Source: Azolla caroliniana
Lineage: Eukaryota > Plantae > Polypodiophyta
Assembly (NCBI GenBank): GCA_043228905.1
Contig: JBHGNT010000018.1
Location: 10,416,001 to 10,480,000 of the forward strand
Direction of reading: 5' to 3'
DNA: 64,000 nucleotides
Part shown: piece by piece, positions 1 to 12,416 of the stretch
How the letters are laid out: every line of letters starts with the position of its first letter
Position numbering within the stretch: position 1 is the first letter of the stretch
Translations under genes and position numbers: made by a program
The notes under the pieces: generated by a model
What the model was told of the DNA's origin: nothing
The model's input: the letters and a program-made list of their open reading frames with translations, nothing else
Database searches by the model: none

Positions 1-1661
1 TTCCCTTTTTTGCCCGACGTGGCTGAGGGGAACTTCTTTGACATGTTTGATGGTATGCAGAGTGTCGTCTCCCGTTTCGACCACTCTTTGCGATTCCGGT
101 TTCTCCATGTATGAGAACCATTCCTCGTGACTCGTCAAATGATTTGATGCTCCGAAATCAGCATACCACACCTCGCTCGATTTCGAGGTGTTTAAAGTGA
201 TAGAATTGGCCTTATGCTTCATGATGAAGCCTGGGCCCGATTTGTTTTCGGCTCGTTCAGAGCCTTCTGCGTACTGCGATCTCTGACACCTCTCTACGTC
301 TCTGCGTCTCTTCGGCTTGATTCGGCTTTGTCCGAATCGCCTCTCTTTTTCCAACACTCGCTCTCCTTGTGGCCTTTCTCGCCACAGTACCAAAATTTCG
401 ACGCGGCCTTCTCTTGCCGGCTTCCGATGCTGCCAAGACTCCCCCTGCTTGTGGAGGGTTTGGAACTACTCTCGGCATATCGATTATGCCGCTTGTTCTG
501 CTCTTGTCGGCTGCTTCCATTGCGCGTCGATCCGCCTCATCCACCACGACCACGGGGCCTATCTTCTTCCGTGTACACCATCTTGCCATCGGTGTGCGTA
601 CTTGTCGACACACCCGCGTGATTTTCCTCCATGACCAACATTGATTGAAGCTCGAAGAACGAAGGCATATTCTACCTCGTACAAACTGCCGTTTGAAAGG
701 CTCCAAACTTGGACACTAGCCCACCAAGGAAAAACTGCACCATTTCATCTTCCTCAACGTTCACACTGATGGAGGCAAGAGAATTGCAGATTTTCTTGAT
801 TCGAGCAGTGTAATCAACCATAGATAGATCTTTCTGCCGGACATTGCTGAGCTCCTGCCTGAGCTACAGCTTTCTAGTCATTGTGCTTGCGGAGAAAATC
901 ATTTTGAGATTCACCCACGCGTCCTTTGGCGTCTTGGCATCCCGAATATAACTCAATAGCTGGTCGCTTACACAGGATGCAAAGCAGTAGAGAACTCTGC
1001 TTGCCGCTTGTTCCCAAGTCGAAAAATCTATGTGTGTCGAATCAGCTGCTACATCATTAGCGCCTTCGACATAACTCCAATAGTCGTGACTGAGCAGGTA
1101 CTGGTGCATCTTGTACGACCAAGATGCTAGTTGCTCCTGTTGAGTTTTTTAGTCAGTAGCAAGCTTCCCATACCCTTGTCCATATTGTTGCCTTTTTCTT
1201 TTCCGAAAAAAAACGAAGAACAACTTCAACTCTGTTTTGTCGCAAGCTTTTCTTGTCAGTTGCAAAGGACTTCAACCCTCGCGCTCTGATACCATGTAAA
1301 AGAATACATGTGCAGAAGTGTGTGCGTAAACACAAAGTACACAGTTCGGAAGGCAGAAAACACAGAGATGAAAGACAGAGAGAGAGCAGACAAGTCAATT
1401 GTATTTCAAAATAATGAGACTCTATACATAGGATGTGCTCAGTGAGCATTTTATACAAGTCCATACGAACTGACAAAAGTACTGACACGTACTTCAATTC
1501 TCATAACTGAGCTCTACACTAACTCCCAAAATATATTCCTACGCGGAATATCTTTCCAATGGCCTCACGGTTTACGCACCGCTACAATCTACATTATGCG
1601 TACTATTTTACGCACCTGGTGCACCGTGTTACGCACCCAACGTTGAGCTTGTCACTCAACA
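1..1661 (-). mobile_element. Ty1/Copia LTR retrotransposon family A, copy A1 (5' LTR, PBS, degraded gag-protease; runs off the window)
   Basis: LTR 1295-1661 (TG..CA) is homologous to the 1954-2339 LTR. PBS TGGTATCAGAGC on minus at 1283-1294. Gag fragment 864-1109 (YWSYVEGAND..VLYCFASCV) matches the 2412 ORF. Confidence 0.93.
1295..1661 (-). repeat. 5' LTR of Copia A1
   Basis: Starts tgtaaaag, ends ctcaaca, abuts the Met PBS, and shares the core ACTCCCAAAATATATTCC with other family-A LTRs. Confidence 0.9.
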
Positions 1662-1953
1662 AAGTCCTTAGTCAACTAGAAGAAGAGTTAAACGACTAAG
1701 TCCCAACCAAAATAGGAGCCATTTGGTTGGAAAAACCTAGATCTGTGCAGCCATTAGGGGTTCCATTCCCTCTAAGCAAGTTAGCAATGTCTTCCTATTT
1801 CAAGTAACAATTATTACTAAAAGTACTCCTCCAGTACATCTCTTAGCACTCCTAGATTCCGGAGCTAATTCTTGGTACATGGATAAGAATTTCTCCCAAG
1901 CTCATCAGATATCCTTAAGAAAACTCTCGTGTCCGGCCTTTGTAGTAGTCATT
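1662..1953 (+). pseudogene. pol: Gypsy (Tcn1-like chromovirus) host element, piece 1: gag end and protease N-half
   Basis: Translates ALLDSGANSWYMDKNFSQAHQISLRKL..VVVI (retropepsin DSG motif) and continues in frame after the A2 insertion at 7639. Confidence 0.85.
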
Positions 1954-2339
1954 TGTTGAGAGACAAGCTCAACATCGGCCGGATCGGCTGAAGAAGCCGA
2001 GGACCGGATCGGTTGGGACCGATCGGTTAGGCCGAGTGCGTAAACCGGGAGGTCGTTAGGAAAGATATTCCGTGAGGAATATATTTGGGAGTTAGTGTAG
2101 GGGCTCTTGATGAGCATTGAAGTACTGTCAATACTTCGGTCAGTCCTTCTAGGGCTTGTATAAAAATGTTCACTGAGCACGTCTTATGTATAGATTGAGT
2201 ATTATTGTTGAATATAGTTTTTTGTGTTTCTCTCTCTGTCTCTCCCGCGTATACTGCGTAAGCCCAAGCTCTCCATTAAACCTGAGTTTCCTCTCTTTTG
2301 TTCGGTCTTCATACTTGCTTCTGCACGTTTCTTTCTTCA
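1954..2339 (+). repeat. 5' LTR of A2
   Basis: TGTTGAG...CTTCA, direct repeat of 7248-7633, TATAAAA near 2159. Confidence 0.97.
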
Positions 2340-2351
2340 TGGTATCAGAGC
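2340..2351 (+). promoter_or_regulatory. Primer binding site, initiator tRNA-Met
   Basis: TGGTATCAGAGC immediately after the LTR. Confidence 0.95.
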
Positions 2352-2411
2352 GCGAGGGTTAAGAACCTCTCTGCAGCCGACACAACTTGACGAAGAAGAA
2401 CAAGAAGAACG

Positions 2412-5400
2412 ATGGATAGAGGCATGGCGAGCTCGCTTCCAACAGAGAAGCTGGACAGAACCAACTACACGTCTTGGTCCTACAAGATGCACCATTACGT
2501 GCTCGGGCACGGCTACTGGAGTTATGTCGAAGGAGCTAATGACACGGCACCCGAATCAACACACAGAGACTTCCCGTCGTTGGAACAATCGACGAGCAGG
2601 GTATTATACTGCTTCGCGTCGTGTGTGGGCGAACAACTATTGAGCTATGTTCGGGATGCAAAGACGCCGAAGGGTGCGTGGGAAAATCTGAAGAAGATTT
2701 TCGCCGCGAGCACCACAGCTAGGAAGCTTCAGCTCCGACAGGAGTTGAGCAACCTACGACAACGCGACTTGTCGGTGGCGGACTATACCTCGAAGATCAA
2801 GGATATCTGCGACTCCCTCGCCTCCATAAAGGTGAACATCGAGGAGAGCGAGATGGTCCAAATTTGTCTCGGAGGTTTGGCGTCGAAGTTCGGAGCGTTC
2901 CGAACGGCTGTGTGTACCCGGGAGAATACACCGTCCTTTTTCGACTTACAGTCGATGCTCCTGGTAGAGGAGAACCACGCGGGTGCGTCGACGAGCACAC
3001 ACACCGACAACAAGATGTTGTACACGAAGGGAGAAAGGCTCCGTGGTCATGGCGGACGAGGCGAGTCGGTATGCAATGGAAGCGGCCGACGAGATCAAGG
3101 AAGATGGCACCGAAGTGATGCCGACAGCAACTCCGGACCCTCCGGAAATAAGGGGAGTCGAGGCGATGAGAACCGGCAAGGGAAGGCCATCACAGAGTGC
3201 TGGTACTGTGACAAGAAAGGCCACAAGGAAAGTGAGTGCTGGAAGAAGCGCGCCGATTCGGAGAGAACTGGTTCTAGGAATGGCTCCAGACATACCGACA
3301 AGGGAAATCGGCAGCGATCGCACTACACCGAAGACTTCGGGAGAGCCGGAGAAGGGACTGCCTTCGTGACGAAACACGAAGCAAACTCAATGAAGCAGAC
3401 CACCCCGAGATCGGACGAGGTGTGGTATGTAGACTCCGGCGCGTCAAACCACATGACGAGCCATAAGGGGTGGTTCTCGTACCTTGAAAAACCGATACAA
3501 CCTGGAGTAGTCGCAATTGGAGACGACACTCCGCATCCGATCGCGAATGTCGGAGAAGTTCCCCTTAGCCATGTCGGGAAGAAAGGGAAACTCATGAACG
3601 TGCTGCACGTCCCGACAATCACGAAAAACTTGGTCTCGGTCGGACAGATCGTCGACCAAGGGATGGAGGTTTGGTTTACACACCTCGGGTGCTTCATTGA
3701 GGAAGAAGGCCGTGTGATTGCGCAAGGGCGCAGAGACGGGAGGATGTTCATCCTCGACTCCACTGACGGCGGCACCGCAATGTTCGCGAAGGGACAAAAG
3801 ACCGAGTCGGACATCGACTTGTGGCACAAGCGAATAGGCCACGTCAACTACCAGTGGCTTAAAGATCTGCAAGCGAAACAAGTAGTGTTCGGATTGCCCA
3901 AATTTAGTGGCCGAAAGGCACAAATTTGTGAAGCCTGTCAGCTCGGGAAGCAACACCGACTTCCCTTCCCCAACGAGCGAAACCGGAGCCGGAACAAGCT
4001 CGACCTTATACACTCCGATGTATGGGGGCCGGCTCAAAACGTTAGTCTTGGCGGGAGCCGATATTTCGTCTCCTTCATCGACGACCACACGCGACACACG
4101 TGGATCTACCTCATTGAGAGGAAGAGCGAAGTCTTCGACTGTTTCCGGGACCTCAAAGGGTTCGTGGAAGCCGAAACGGGACGAAAGATCAAGTGCCTGC
4201 GGTCGGATAGCGGGAAAGAGTACTTTTCTGGTCAATTCAACGGTTATCTACAACAAATGGGAATTCGGCGCGAATTCAGTTGTAGATACACGCCAGAGCA
4301 GAACGGCGTGGCCGAGAGGAAGAATCGGTCGATTGTGGAAGCGGCAAGGGAGATGCTGGAGGAGAAGAGCTTGCCCAAGTTCTACTGGGCCGAGGCGGTA
4401 AGCACCATGGTATACATCTAGAACCGGATTGGAGACAAAGTGTCGGCGCACGAGCTATATTTCGGAACGAAGCCGAACTTGCGACACTTGAGGGTGTTCG
4501 GTAGCATTGCGTATGTGCATATACCGAAGGAGAAAAGGAGGAAGTTGGACGCAAAGGCCGAGAAATGCATCTTGGTCGGTTACTCGGACGAGCAGAAGGG
4601 TTATAAGTGCTATAACCCTCGCACCAAACAAGCGCGTGTCAACCGCGACGTGATGTTTGACGAGTCCGCGTCCTGGTACCTACCCACGACTACGAACCTC
4701 AACTCCAATCCGAGCTCTGACGATGAGGTCAGCGAGGCCAAGATGCCTCCGGATGAGCCCGAAATCAAGACTCGCAAAGAGAGTCCGATTTCACTCTGGT
4801 TAAGTGGACCGATTGCACGACTGAGTCGGTACGACCAGTCCGATGAAGAGCTGGCGAGTAGTGGAGACTCGGCCGTGCATTCCTCGCGCAGGAAGCCGAG
4901 GAGACGGCTTACGCGCAAAGAGAAAGGGAAGAAGAAGGTGTCGGATTCCGGCACGGAAAGGAACGAGTCAGACCGACGCGAGTCCGACTCTGAGGGAACC
5001 GGTGACGGATCTTTAACGGTGAAGATCGCGTCGACCGAGAAGGACTCGACATTGGCTAATGTGAGATTACGCCGATCTACCCGCCAGAAGAATCCTGTTT
5101 TGCGGTTCGAATACAACGAGTACATGGCGCATCATTATGGATACATGACCCATGTAGCGGAAGTGCGTGAGCCGGAGAGCTACACAGAAGCAGCAAAAGA
5201 CGCAAATTGGCGTGCCACGATGGAGGAAGAGATGCACGCATTAGCGGAGAATGAGACCTGGGAGCTGGTTGACGCACCGAAGGGTGTGAAGCCGATCGGG
5301 TGTAGATGGGTGTACAAAGTCAAGTACAACACTGATGGCTCGGTCAACCAGTACAAGGCTCGACTAGTGGCAAAGGGCTACGCATAGAAACACGGCATCG

Positions 5401-7253
5401 ACTATGATGAGACGTTTGCGCCGGTCGCAAAAATGACGACCGTCCGTGTTTTGCTCGCAGTAGCCGCGGCCAAGGGGTGGCACTTACATCAGATGGATGT
5501 AAAGAATGCGTTCCTGCAAGGTGACCTTGAGGAACAAGTGTACATGGTACAACCCCCCAGATTTCACTCTGGAATGAACTCCTCGGTAGTATGCGGACTG
5601 AAGAAGTCCCGTTACGGACTGAAGCAAGCCCCGCGTGCCTGGAATGCGAAGATCACGCAACAACTGCGTCGGATGGGCTTCGTTACGTCAAAATCGGACT
5701 CTTCCCTGTTCATCCGGAAAGGTCGACTCGGACCGGTTAGTATTTTACTGTATGTTGATGACTTGGTCATCACCGGCGCTGACCTAGGTGAAATCGACCG
5801 CGTGAAGCTCCAACTTGCGGCATCGTTCGACATGAAGGATCTGGGAGACCTTCATTACTTCCTTGGGATCGAAGTGATCCATACCCCCGAAGGCATATTG
5901 ATCAGCCAACGTCATTACGTGCTGAGTATGCTCTTCAAACTCGGGATGGCCGACTGTACGTCCGTCTCGACTCCTCTGGACAGAACCATGAAGCTTCGTC
6001 CCGATACGGGAAAGGTATGCGACCCGACGAGGTTCCGACAAATTGTCGGAAGCCTCATATACTTGACCATCACCCGACCCGACCTCAGTTATCCGGTCGG
6101 GGTGATCAGTCAGTTCATGGCGCGACCTACCGAGGAGCACCTTGAGTGTGCGCAACGTGTACTTCGGTACGCAAGCGGCACTAAGGACCGCGGACTGCTA
6201 TATCGAACCGGTGCAGCCGTGCAGTTAGTTGGCTACACCGATGCTGATTGGGCTGGCAACGCCGCTGATCGCCGATCCACGTCTGGATACCCGTTCTCCC
6301 TCGGGAGTGCCGCGATCGCGTGGAGCAGTAAGAAGTAGCCGACAGTTGCACTGTCGAGGAACGAAGCTGAGTACCGAGGAGCGGCTGTCGCGACATGCGA
6401 AGCCATATGGTTGAAGTGGCTACTTAAGGACCTGCGAGAGGAGGTGTCCGATCCAACGACGATCTACTGCGACAACCTCAGCAGCATCCAACTCGCAAAA
6501 AACCCCGTTTTCCACGCACGGACCAAGCACATTGAGGTGCACTACCATTTCGTCCGTGAGCGTGTCCTTTCCGGTGAAGTCGAACTTCAGTACGTTCCGA
6601 CAGATCGGCAAGCTGCCGACATCTTCACCAAGCCTCTTGGTTTGGACAAGTTGCTGCAATTCTCAGGTGCGCTCGGGTTGTGTCACCTTGACATGCTGAA
6701 CTTGAGGGGGAGAATAGTCCTGAACGACCAAGCAAGGCAGCAGGAAAGGAGCGGACACCGCGACACCGAGTTCGAGTCGGTTGACTCGGTTGTCGAGTTC
6801 GACTTCGGATCGGCTGAAGAAGCCGAGGGCGGACCCACCGAAAAGTTCGGAAGCGGACAGAAGGGGAGCAACCGAAGGAGAGAGCCGAAGCCAACCATGC
6901 ATGGGGAAGATAACGCCATCGAGGGCGAGAAGACCGAAGACGAGTTGGAGACAGCCAACTCGGACGAGAGTGAAGACCGATCGGAGGAAGCCGAGTCGGT
7001 TCGGATGTTTGATTCAGACATGCTGAATAAACCGAGGCCCAAGCGGAAGAAAAGGCAACAAAAGAAGTGTCAACACCGCAACAGCAGAAGAGCTGATAAG
7101 GGCCGCATGAGCAGACAAGCCGGCCGGAAGGGTCGAAGCGCGCGGAGTCGAACAGGTCGAGGAGCGCGAGCGAGGCGTGAAGCCAGGAGGAACCGGAGTT
7201 GTGAGCCCGAGGATTCCGAAGAGCCTCAAGTTGAGCTTGAGGGGGAGTGTTGA
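2412..7253 (+). pseudogene. gag-pol: Copia gag-PR-INT-RT-RNaseH polyprotein with C-terminal extension; three in-frame TAG stops
   Basis: ORFs 2412, 4440, 5433 and 6411 share one frame. Motifs: CWYCDKKGHKESEC, WYVDSGAS, HSDVWGP..QNGVAERKNR, LYVDD, YTDADWAG, HARTKHIEVHYHFVRE. Confidence 0.96.
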
Positions 7254-7633
7254 GAGGCAAGCTCAACATCAGCCGGATCGGTTGAAGAAGCCGAGGACCG
7301 GATCGGTTGGGACCGATCGGTTAGGCCGAGTGCGTAAACCGGGAGGTCGTTAGGAAAGATATTCCGTGAGGAATATATTTGGGAGTTAGTGTAGGGGCTC
7401 TTGATGAGCATTGAAGTACTGTCAGTACTTCGGTCAGTCCTTCTAGGGCTTGTATAAAAATGGTCACTGAGCACGTCTTATGTACAGATTGAGTATTATT
7501 GTTGAATATAGTTTTTTGTGTTTCTCTCTCTGTCTCTCCCGCGTATACTGCGTAAGCCTAAGCTCTCCATTAAACCCGAGTTTCCTCTCTTCTGTTCGGT
7601 CCTCATACTTGCTTCCGCACGTTTCTTTCTTCA
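7248..7633 (+). repeat. 3' LTR of A2
   Basis: Follows the PPT, repeats 1954-2339, and is followed by the TSD. Confidence 0.97.
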
Positions 7634-7638
7634 TCATT

Positions 7639-7922
7639 GATGGTCGCCCCATTGCGTTTGGAAATATCGTAGAATAGTCGGAGCCAATTAGTGTTGTCCT
7701 AGATAATTTGGGATGTGTAGTATCATTCAATATAATTAGTATTCAAGAACATCCCAATGTTTTTGGGGTTACCATGGTTCGAGTTACACAATCCGGACAT
7801 AAATTGGAGAACAAGAGAAATGTGGTATCGACAACCTCAAGAATCTACTCATAAGGTTTCAACCATTTCGCTACATCAAATGATTGAGGAAGGACACAAG
7901 GAATCCATGTTTGTATTCGATG
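7639..7922 (+). pseudogene. pol: Tcn1-like Gypsy host, piece 2: protease C-half
   Basis: DGRPIAFGNIVE*SEPISVVL..LHNPDINWRT continues the protease from 1953. Confidence 0.82.
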
Positions 7923-8380
7923 TATTAGAGATATGATCTAATGTAAGCGTATGAAAAGGAGAAAAGAATGATAGATAGATAGATAGAAAGGAGAGAGAAA
8001 GAAGGGTGCCGATCCACCCGACCACCCCTGAGCGAGGGGATCGAGACGGACTCGAGCCTAAATCAGTGTTCCATACCACCAACGTGGCGTCGAGTCGTAC
8101 CTAGTGCTGGTGCGCTCGCTACAAGAGTTGAACCACCACGAAATAGAGTCTCGACGTAGTCAAATGATGATGAAATCAGGATAGCAAGACCTCTTATTTA
8201 TAGCGATACCCAAGGCCCCCAGGCAAGTTCACACTTGGCCTAATGGGTTGTCTCAATCTCGAGGATTAAAAGTAATCCTCCCCTTCTTTACATTCTCGTT
8301 TAACCCTCACACTTATCCACGTCTATAGAATACTACGGTAAATTCTCACCACGGGATATTATATGGCCATGCCCGTAACA
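7923..8380 (-). repeat. 3' LTR of the chromovirus
   Basis: Repeat of 20640-21040 plus 24454-24511; adjacent PPT AGAGGGGGAGTA on minus. Confidence 0.9.
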
Positions 8381-8389
8381 TACTCCCCC

Positions 8390-11300
8390 TCTTTAAAACA
8401 TTGCACTCTTGCAATGGAAAGTTAGTTCTGAGAGTATTTTTGCGTTCCCATGTGGCATCTTTTATTGATTTATCCATCCATTTTATTTTAAATTCTCGGA
8501 TTTCTTTAGTACGTAATTTGTTTGTTTTAACATCGAGAATTCTTTCTGGTACATGTGGTTTAGAATATATTTCTTCAGAAGTAACTAGAGTTTCAGTTGT
8601 AATTATATTGTCGCTAGAACCTAGGATTTCTTTTAGACGACTCACATGAAAAACTTGATGAATTTCAACACCATCGGGAAGAGAGAGACGATAGGTTGAT
8701 GACCCAATGCGTTTGAGGACTATAAAAGGTCCCAAAAAACATGGGGCTAACTTAGCGCACTTACCTTTAGACAATGTCTTAGAATTGGGAGGTACATGTA
8801 AAAATACCTTCTGTCCAGGGTTGAATACACGAGGTTGCCTATGATGATCGGCATAAAAACACGCTCTATCTTGAGCTGTTTTTATATTATCTCGTGCAAT
8901 ATGCAACATATCTTGCATATCCCGAAGAAAGTTTTGCATACTTCGCAACTCATCATGATGTATATTAACATCAATCAGGGCTCGGGGCTGAAAACCATAC
9001 ATCAACATAAAAGGACTTGGAGCTGTTATAAGCAAACTCCAGAATTGGGAGATAACGTTCCCATTTTGTTGGTTTTGAACCAACATATGCTTGAAGCATT
9101 CCTCAATAATTTGATTTACTCGTTTGGTTTGTCCATCGGATTGAGGATGATCTGTGGAGCTCATGCTCAATGTAGTTTCTTACTTCTTAAAGACTTGCGT
9201 CTAGAAGTCACTAGTAAACTTTGGATCTTGATCACTCACGATATCCATCGATAACCCATAAAAACGAAATAACTCGTCAACAAATTGGTAAGCCAATTCA
9301 GGAGCTATTACCATGGTTTTCGTAGCAATAAATGTGCCCATTTTAGTTAGTCTGTCAACCAGAACCCAGATGGCATCATGGCCTTTTTGGGTATGAGGAA
9401 GGCTAACAAAAAAATCCATGGATATACTTTCCCACTTATTATTGGGAATCTCCAAGGGATGTAAAAGTCCTGCAGCTTTAAGTCGCTCGACTTTGTTAAC
9501 CTGACATTGGTGACATTTAGTCACATAGCTATGTATGTCATGACGCATCTTAGGCCAATAAAATTGAGTGGAGATGAGAACAAGTGTACGATGTATTCCT
9601 GGGTGCTCCATAGAGGGTGCATCATGGCATTCAGAAAGAATTCTCTTTATGACCTCAAGCAAATCTGGAACACAAACCTTCCCATTACGGTAGAGTAGAC
9701 CGTTAGCAATGTGGAAGTATTCCTTCGAGGATGTGGTGGTGTCTGTTCCAGACTCAACCCTTGCCCAGTATTTCACAAAATAACTGTCATCAGGATACTT
9801 TCCTCGAAGGTGATCATAAAGATATGATGTTATTTACGTGAAGCTAAGCATGTTAACTTCACAGATGTGACTTAGTGCATAAGAGACAATATTCATGGAA
9901 CCTTTACGATATCGTATGGAAAAATCAACGTCCTAGATGAGATCAACTCATCGTGCCTTACGACCTTTCAGATCTTGTTGGTCACAAAAATATTTCAAGG
10001 ACTCGTGGTCCGTAGTTACCACAAAGCGATTTCCATAAAGATAATGGCGCCATGTTTTGAGCGCATGTATAACTACAAATAATTCCTTTTCTTGAACGGT
10101 ATACAAACATTAAGCAGAATCAAGTTTCTTAGTCTCGAATGCTATTGGTTTACCATCTTGATATAAGACAACAACTATAGCATAATCGCTTGCATCGGTT
10201 TTAACATCAAAAGGTTTTGAAGGATCGTGTAAAAGAAGTGGAGGCTTGCACACCTAGTCCTTGAGTTCTTTAAAGGTGAGGTCTAGTGTAGTATTCCATA
10301 CAATACGTTTTGTAACCTTACGCATTTGATCTTCAGTAAACAGTGTCATCAATTGAGAGTAATTGCAAAGAGATTTTCGCAAAAACTCGATTAAACAAAG
10401 GAATGATCGAACTTCTCGAATATTCCAAAGAGTGGGCCAAAGCTTGATTTTCTCAATGCGAGAAGGATCAATTTCAACTCCTCGTTCGGTTATGAGATGT
10501 CCAAGATAAGTAATCGATTTCTTGAAGAACTCGCATTTTGAGATCTTCATGTAGAATTGCTTGTTGCGCAATGTTTGTAAAACAAAGCAGACATGTTTAG
10601 CATGTTTTTCTAATGTTCGGCTATAAACGAAAATATCATGTAAGAAAATAACGACGAATTTTCCAAGTTGTTCTCGGAAAATGTCATTCATTTCTTGTTG
10701 AAATGTGGCCGGAAGATTGGGCAAACGAAAAGGCATAACGAAAAACTCATAATGGCCATAGCGCATACGAAATGCCGTTTTAGAAACATCGTCTTGACTT
10801 ATACGAATTTGATGGTAGCCCGTACGGAGATCAAGTTTCGTAAATTACTGAGCTCCTTCGAGACGGTCAATTAGATCGTTAGCCCAGGGCATTGGATATG
10901 AATTCTTGATTGTCACTTCATTCAAGCGTCAGTAATTAATACACATAGGCCATGTTCCCTCTTTCTTTTTTACCAAGAGAACAGGTGCACCCCATGGAGA
11001 TTTACTATAACGTATATAACCCATTCGTAAATAGTCCTTGAGCTGCTTAGATACCTCATCCTCTTCAGATCGACTTAAGCGATAAGGAGGTACACTTATT
11101 GGTGCAACGCCACATACAATATCTATACGATGGTCTATATTACGTTTAGGAGGTAACCCATGTGGTAGTTCACTCGTAAAAACATCACGAAAATCATTTA
11201 AGATTTCATCAAGTTGTTGTTGAAAATATGTTAATTGAATTGAGACATTATCGATATTGTAAACTTGAATGTCCAGATAAAGTACAAAATAAAATAGAGT

Positions 11301-12411
11301 AGATCAAGACAACTCGGATATTGATGGAGAGGAAACAATCGAGAGGGATTGTTGTTTTACACATTGAATAAAATGAGTACAATCGTTCAGTACAAATGTA
11401 ATTGAATGATGAACCCAATCAATAGATAAAGAAGAGTTTTTATTATAGAACCAGGGATAAGCCAATATTACATTAGTGATACATAGATTCATTACATGGA
11501 AGTCTACTTTCTCTGTATAAGTGTCAATCGAAATTCCTAATGAATGAATCACCCCGTTGATGTATTGTACTCTTCCATCAGCCATGTGCACCGTATAGGT
11601 GTGATCACTTATGGTGGGTTAGATTCCCCATATTTGAACCAAACGATCATTCACAAAGTTGTGTGAGCTTCCCGAATCAAACAAAAATTGTACGCCGGGA
11701 GATCCATTGATATACCCATTTGCATGTAGTAAATCATTGGGACCCAATACATAGTGAGGGAAAGAACATTGACAATTACTTAAATGATGTGTATAGACCT
11801 GAAGGACATTAGGAATCTGACCTTTCTGGTCTGCGGCTTTAGCTTTGCTATCGTGCTCTTTCCGTTGGAGCTTTCGACATTGCTCTTTTGTATAACCCTT
11901 CTTTTTGTAGAACACGCAAAAAGGATGTTGTCGCTTACAATCACGATCCATGAATTTGTTGGGTGTCTTGCGTTTCCCAGCGAATTGCGACTGCTTAGTC
12001 CTGGGTGCTTTGTTGGGTTTGTTGTGGTCCTTCTTGGAAGTTCGTTGATAGCGAAGAACTATTTCAACAGCCTCTTCGAAGGATTTTGGATGCTTATTGT
12101 GTACTATCCAGTGATAGTCCGAATTGGGGATGCCATTGACAAAACAAGCTATTAACCAGCTGTCCCCTTCTAGAACCGATTTTTTAATTTGGTTTCTAGC
12201 ATGGTGAACATAGTCTTCTAGCGAAGAAAAACTTCCTGCTAGAGAGGTTCATTAAAGCTTGTGCTGCCTCGGTTCGAGAGGGAGGTTGCAGAAATTGGCC
12301 CTTAAAAACTGTGACAAAATCTGTCCACATATCGGGCAATTTCCCCAATGTTCAGAGCCCTCGCCACCAGGTGGCGGCCTTACCCCCTTGTTCTCGAATG
12401 ACATAAGCAAT
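8390..12411 (-). pseudogene. pol: Chromovirus gag C-part, protease, RT, RNase H, integrase, chromodomain (many stops and frameshifts)
   Basis: FLFDSGSSHNFV (PR), RYGHYEFFVMPF (RT), WESISMDF..SDQDPKFTS (INT), PERILDVK..IKWMDKSIKDATWE (chromodomain). Confidence 0.93.
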
Positions 12412-12416
12412 CTTCG

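Larger units (their letters stand above)
1954..7633 (+). mobile_element. Full-length Ty1/Copia element A2
   Basis: 386-bp LTRs at 1954-2339 and 7248-7633 (about 11 substitutions). TSD TCATT at 1949-1953 and 7634-7638. Met PBS 2340-2351, PPT GAGGGGGAG 7239-7247. Confidence 0.98.

Noticed and set aside
1684-1715. Possible gag/pol slippery site GTTAAAC in the Tcn1-like host
   Set aside because: Imperfect heptamer in a degraded copy; the frames cannot be established.
2059-2090. Heat-shock elements in family-A LTRs
   Set aside because: GAA/TTC spacing does not fit nGAAnnTTCn.
4419-4421. Programmed stop-codon read-through in A2
   Set aside because: The stops fall on conserved Gln codons inside domains and A3 has CAG at the equivalent site, so they are mutations.
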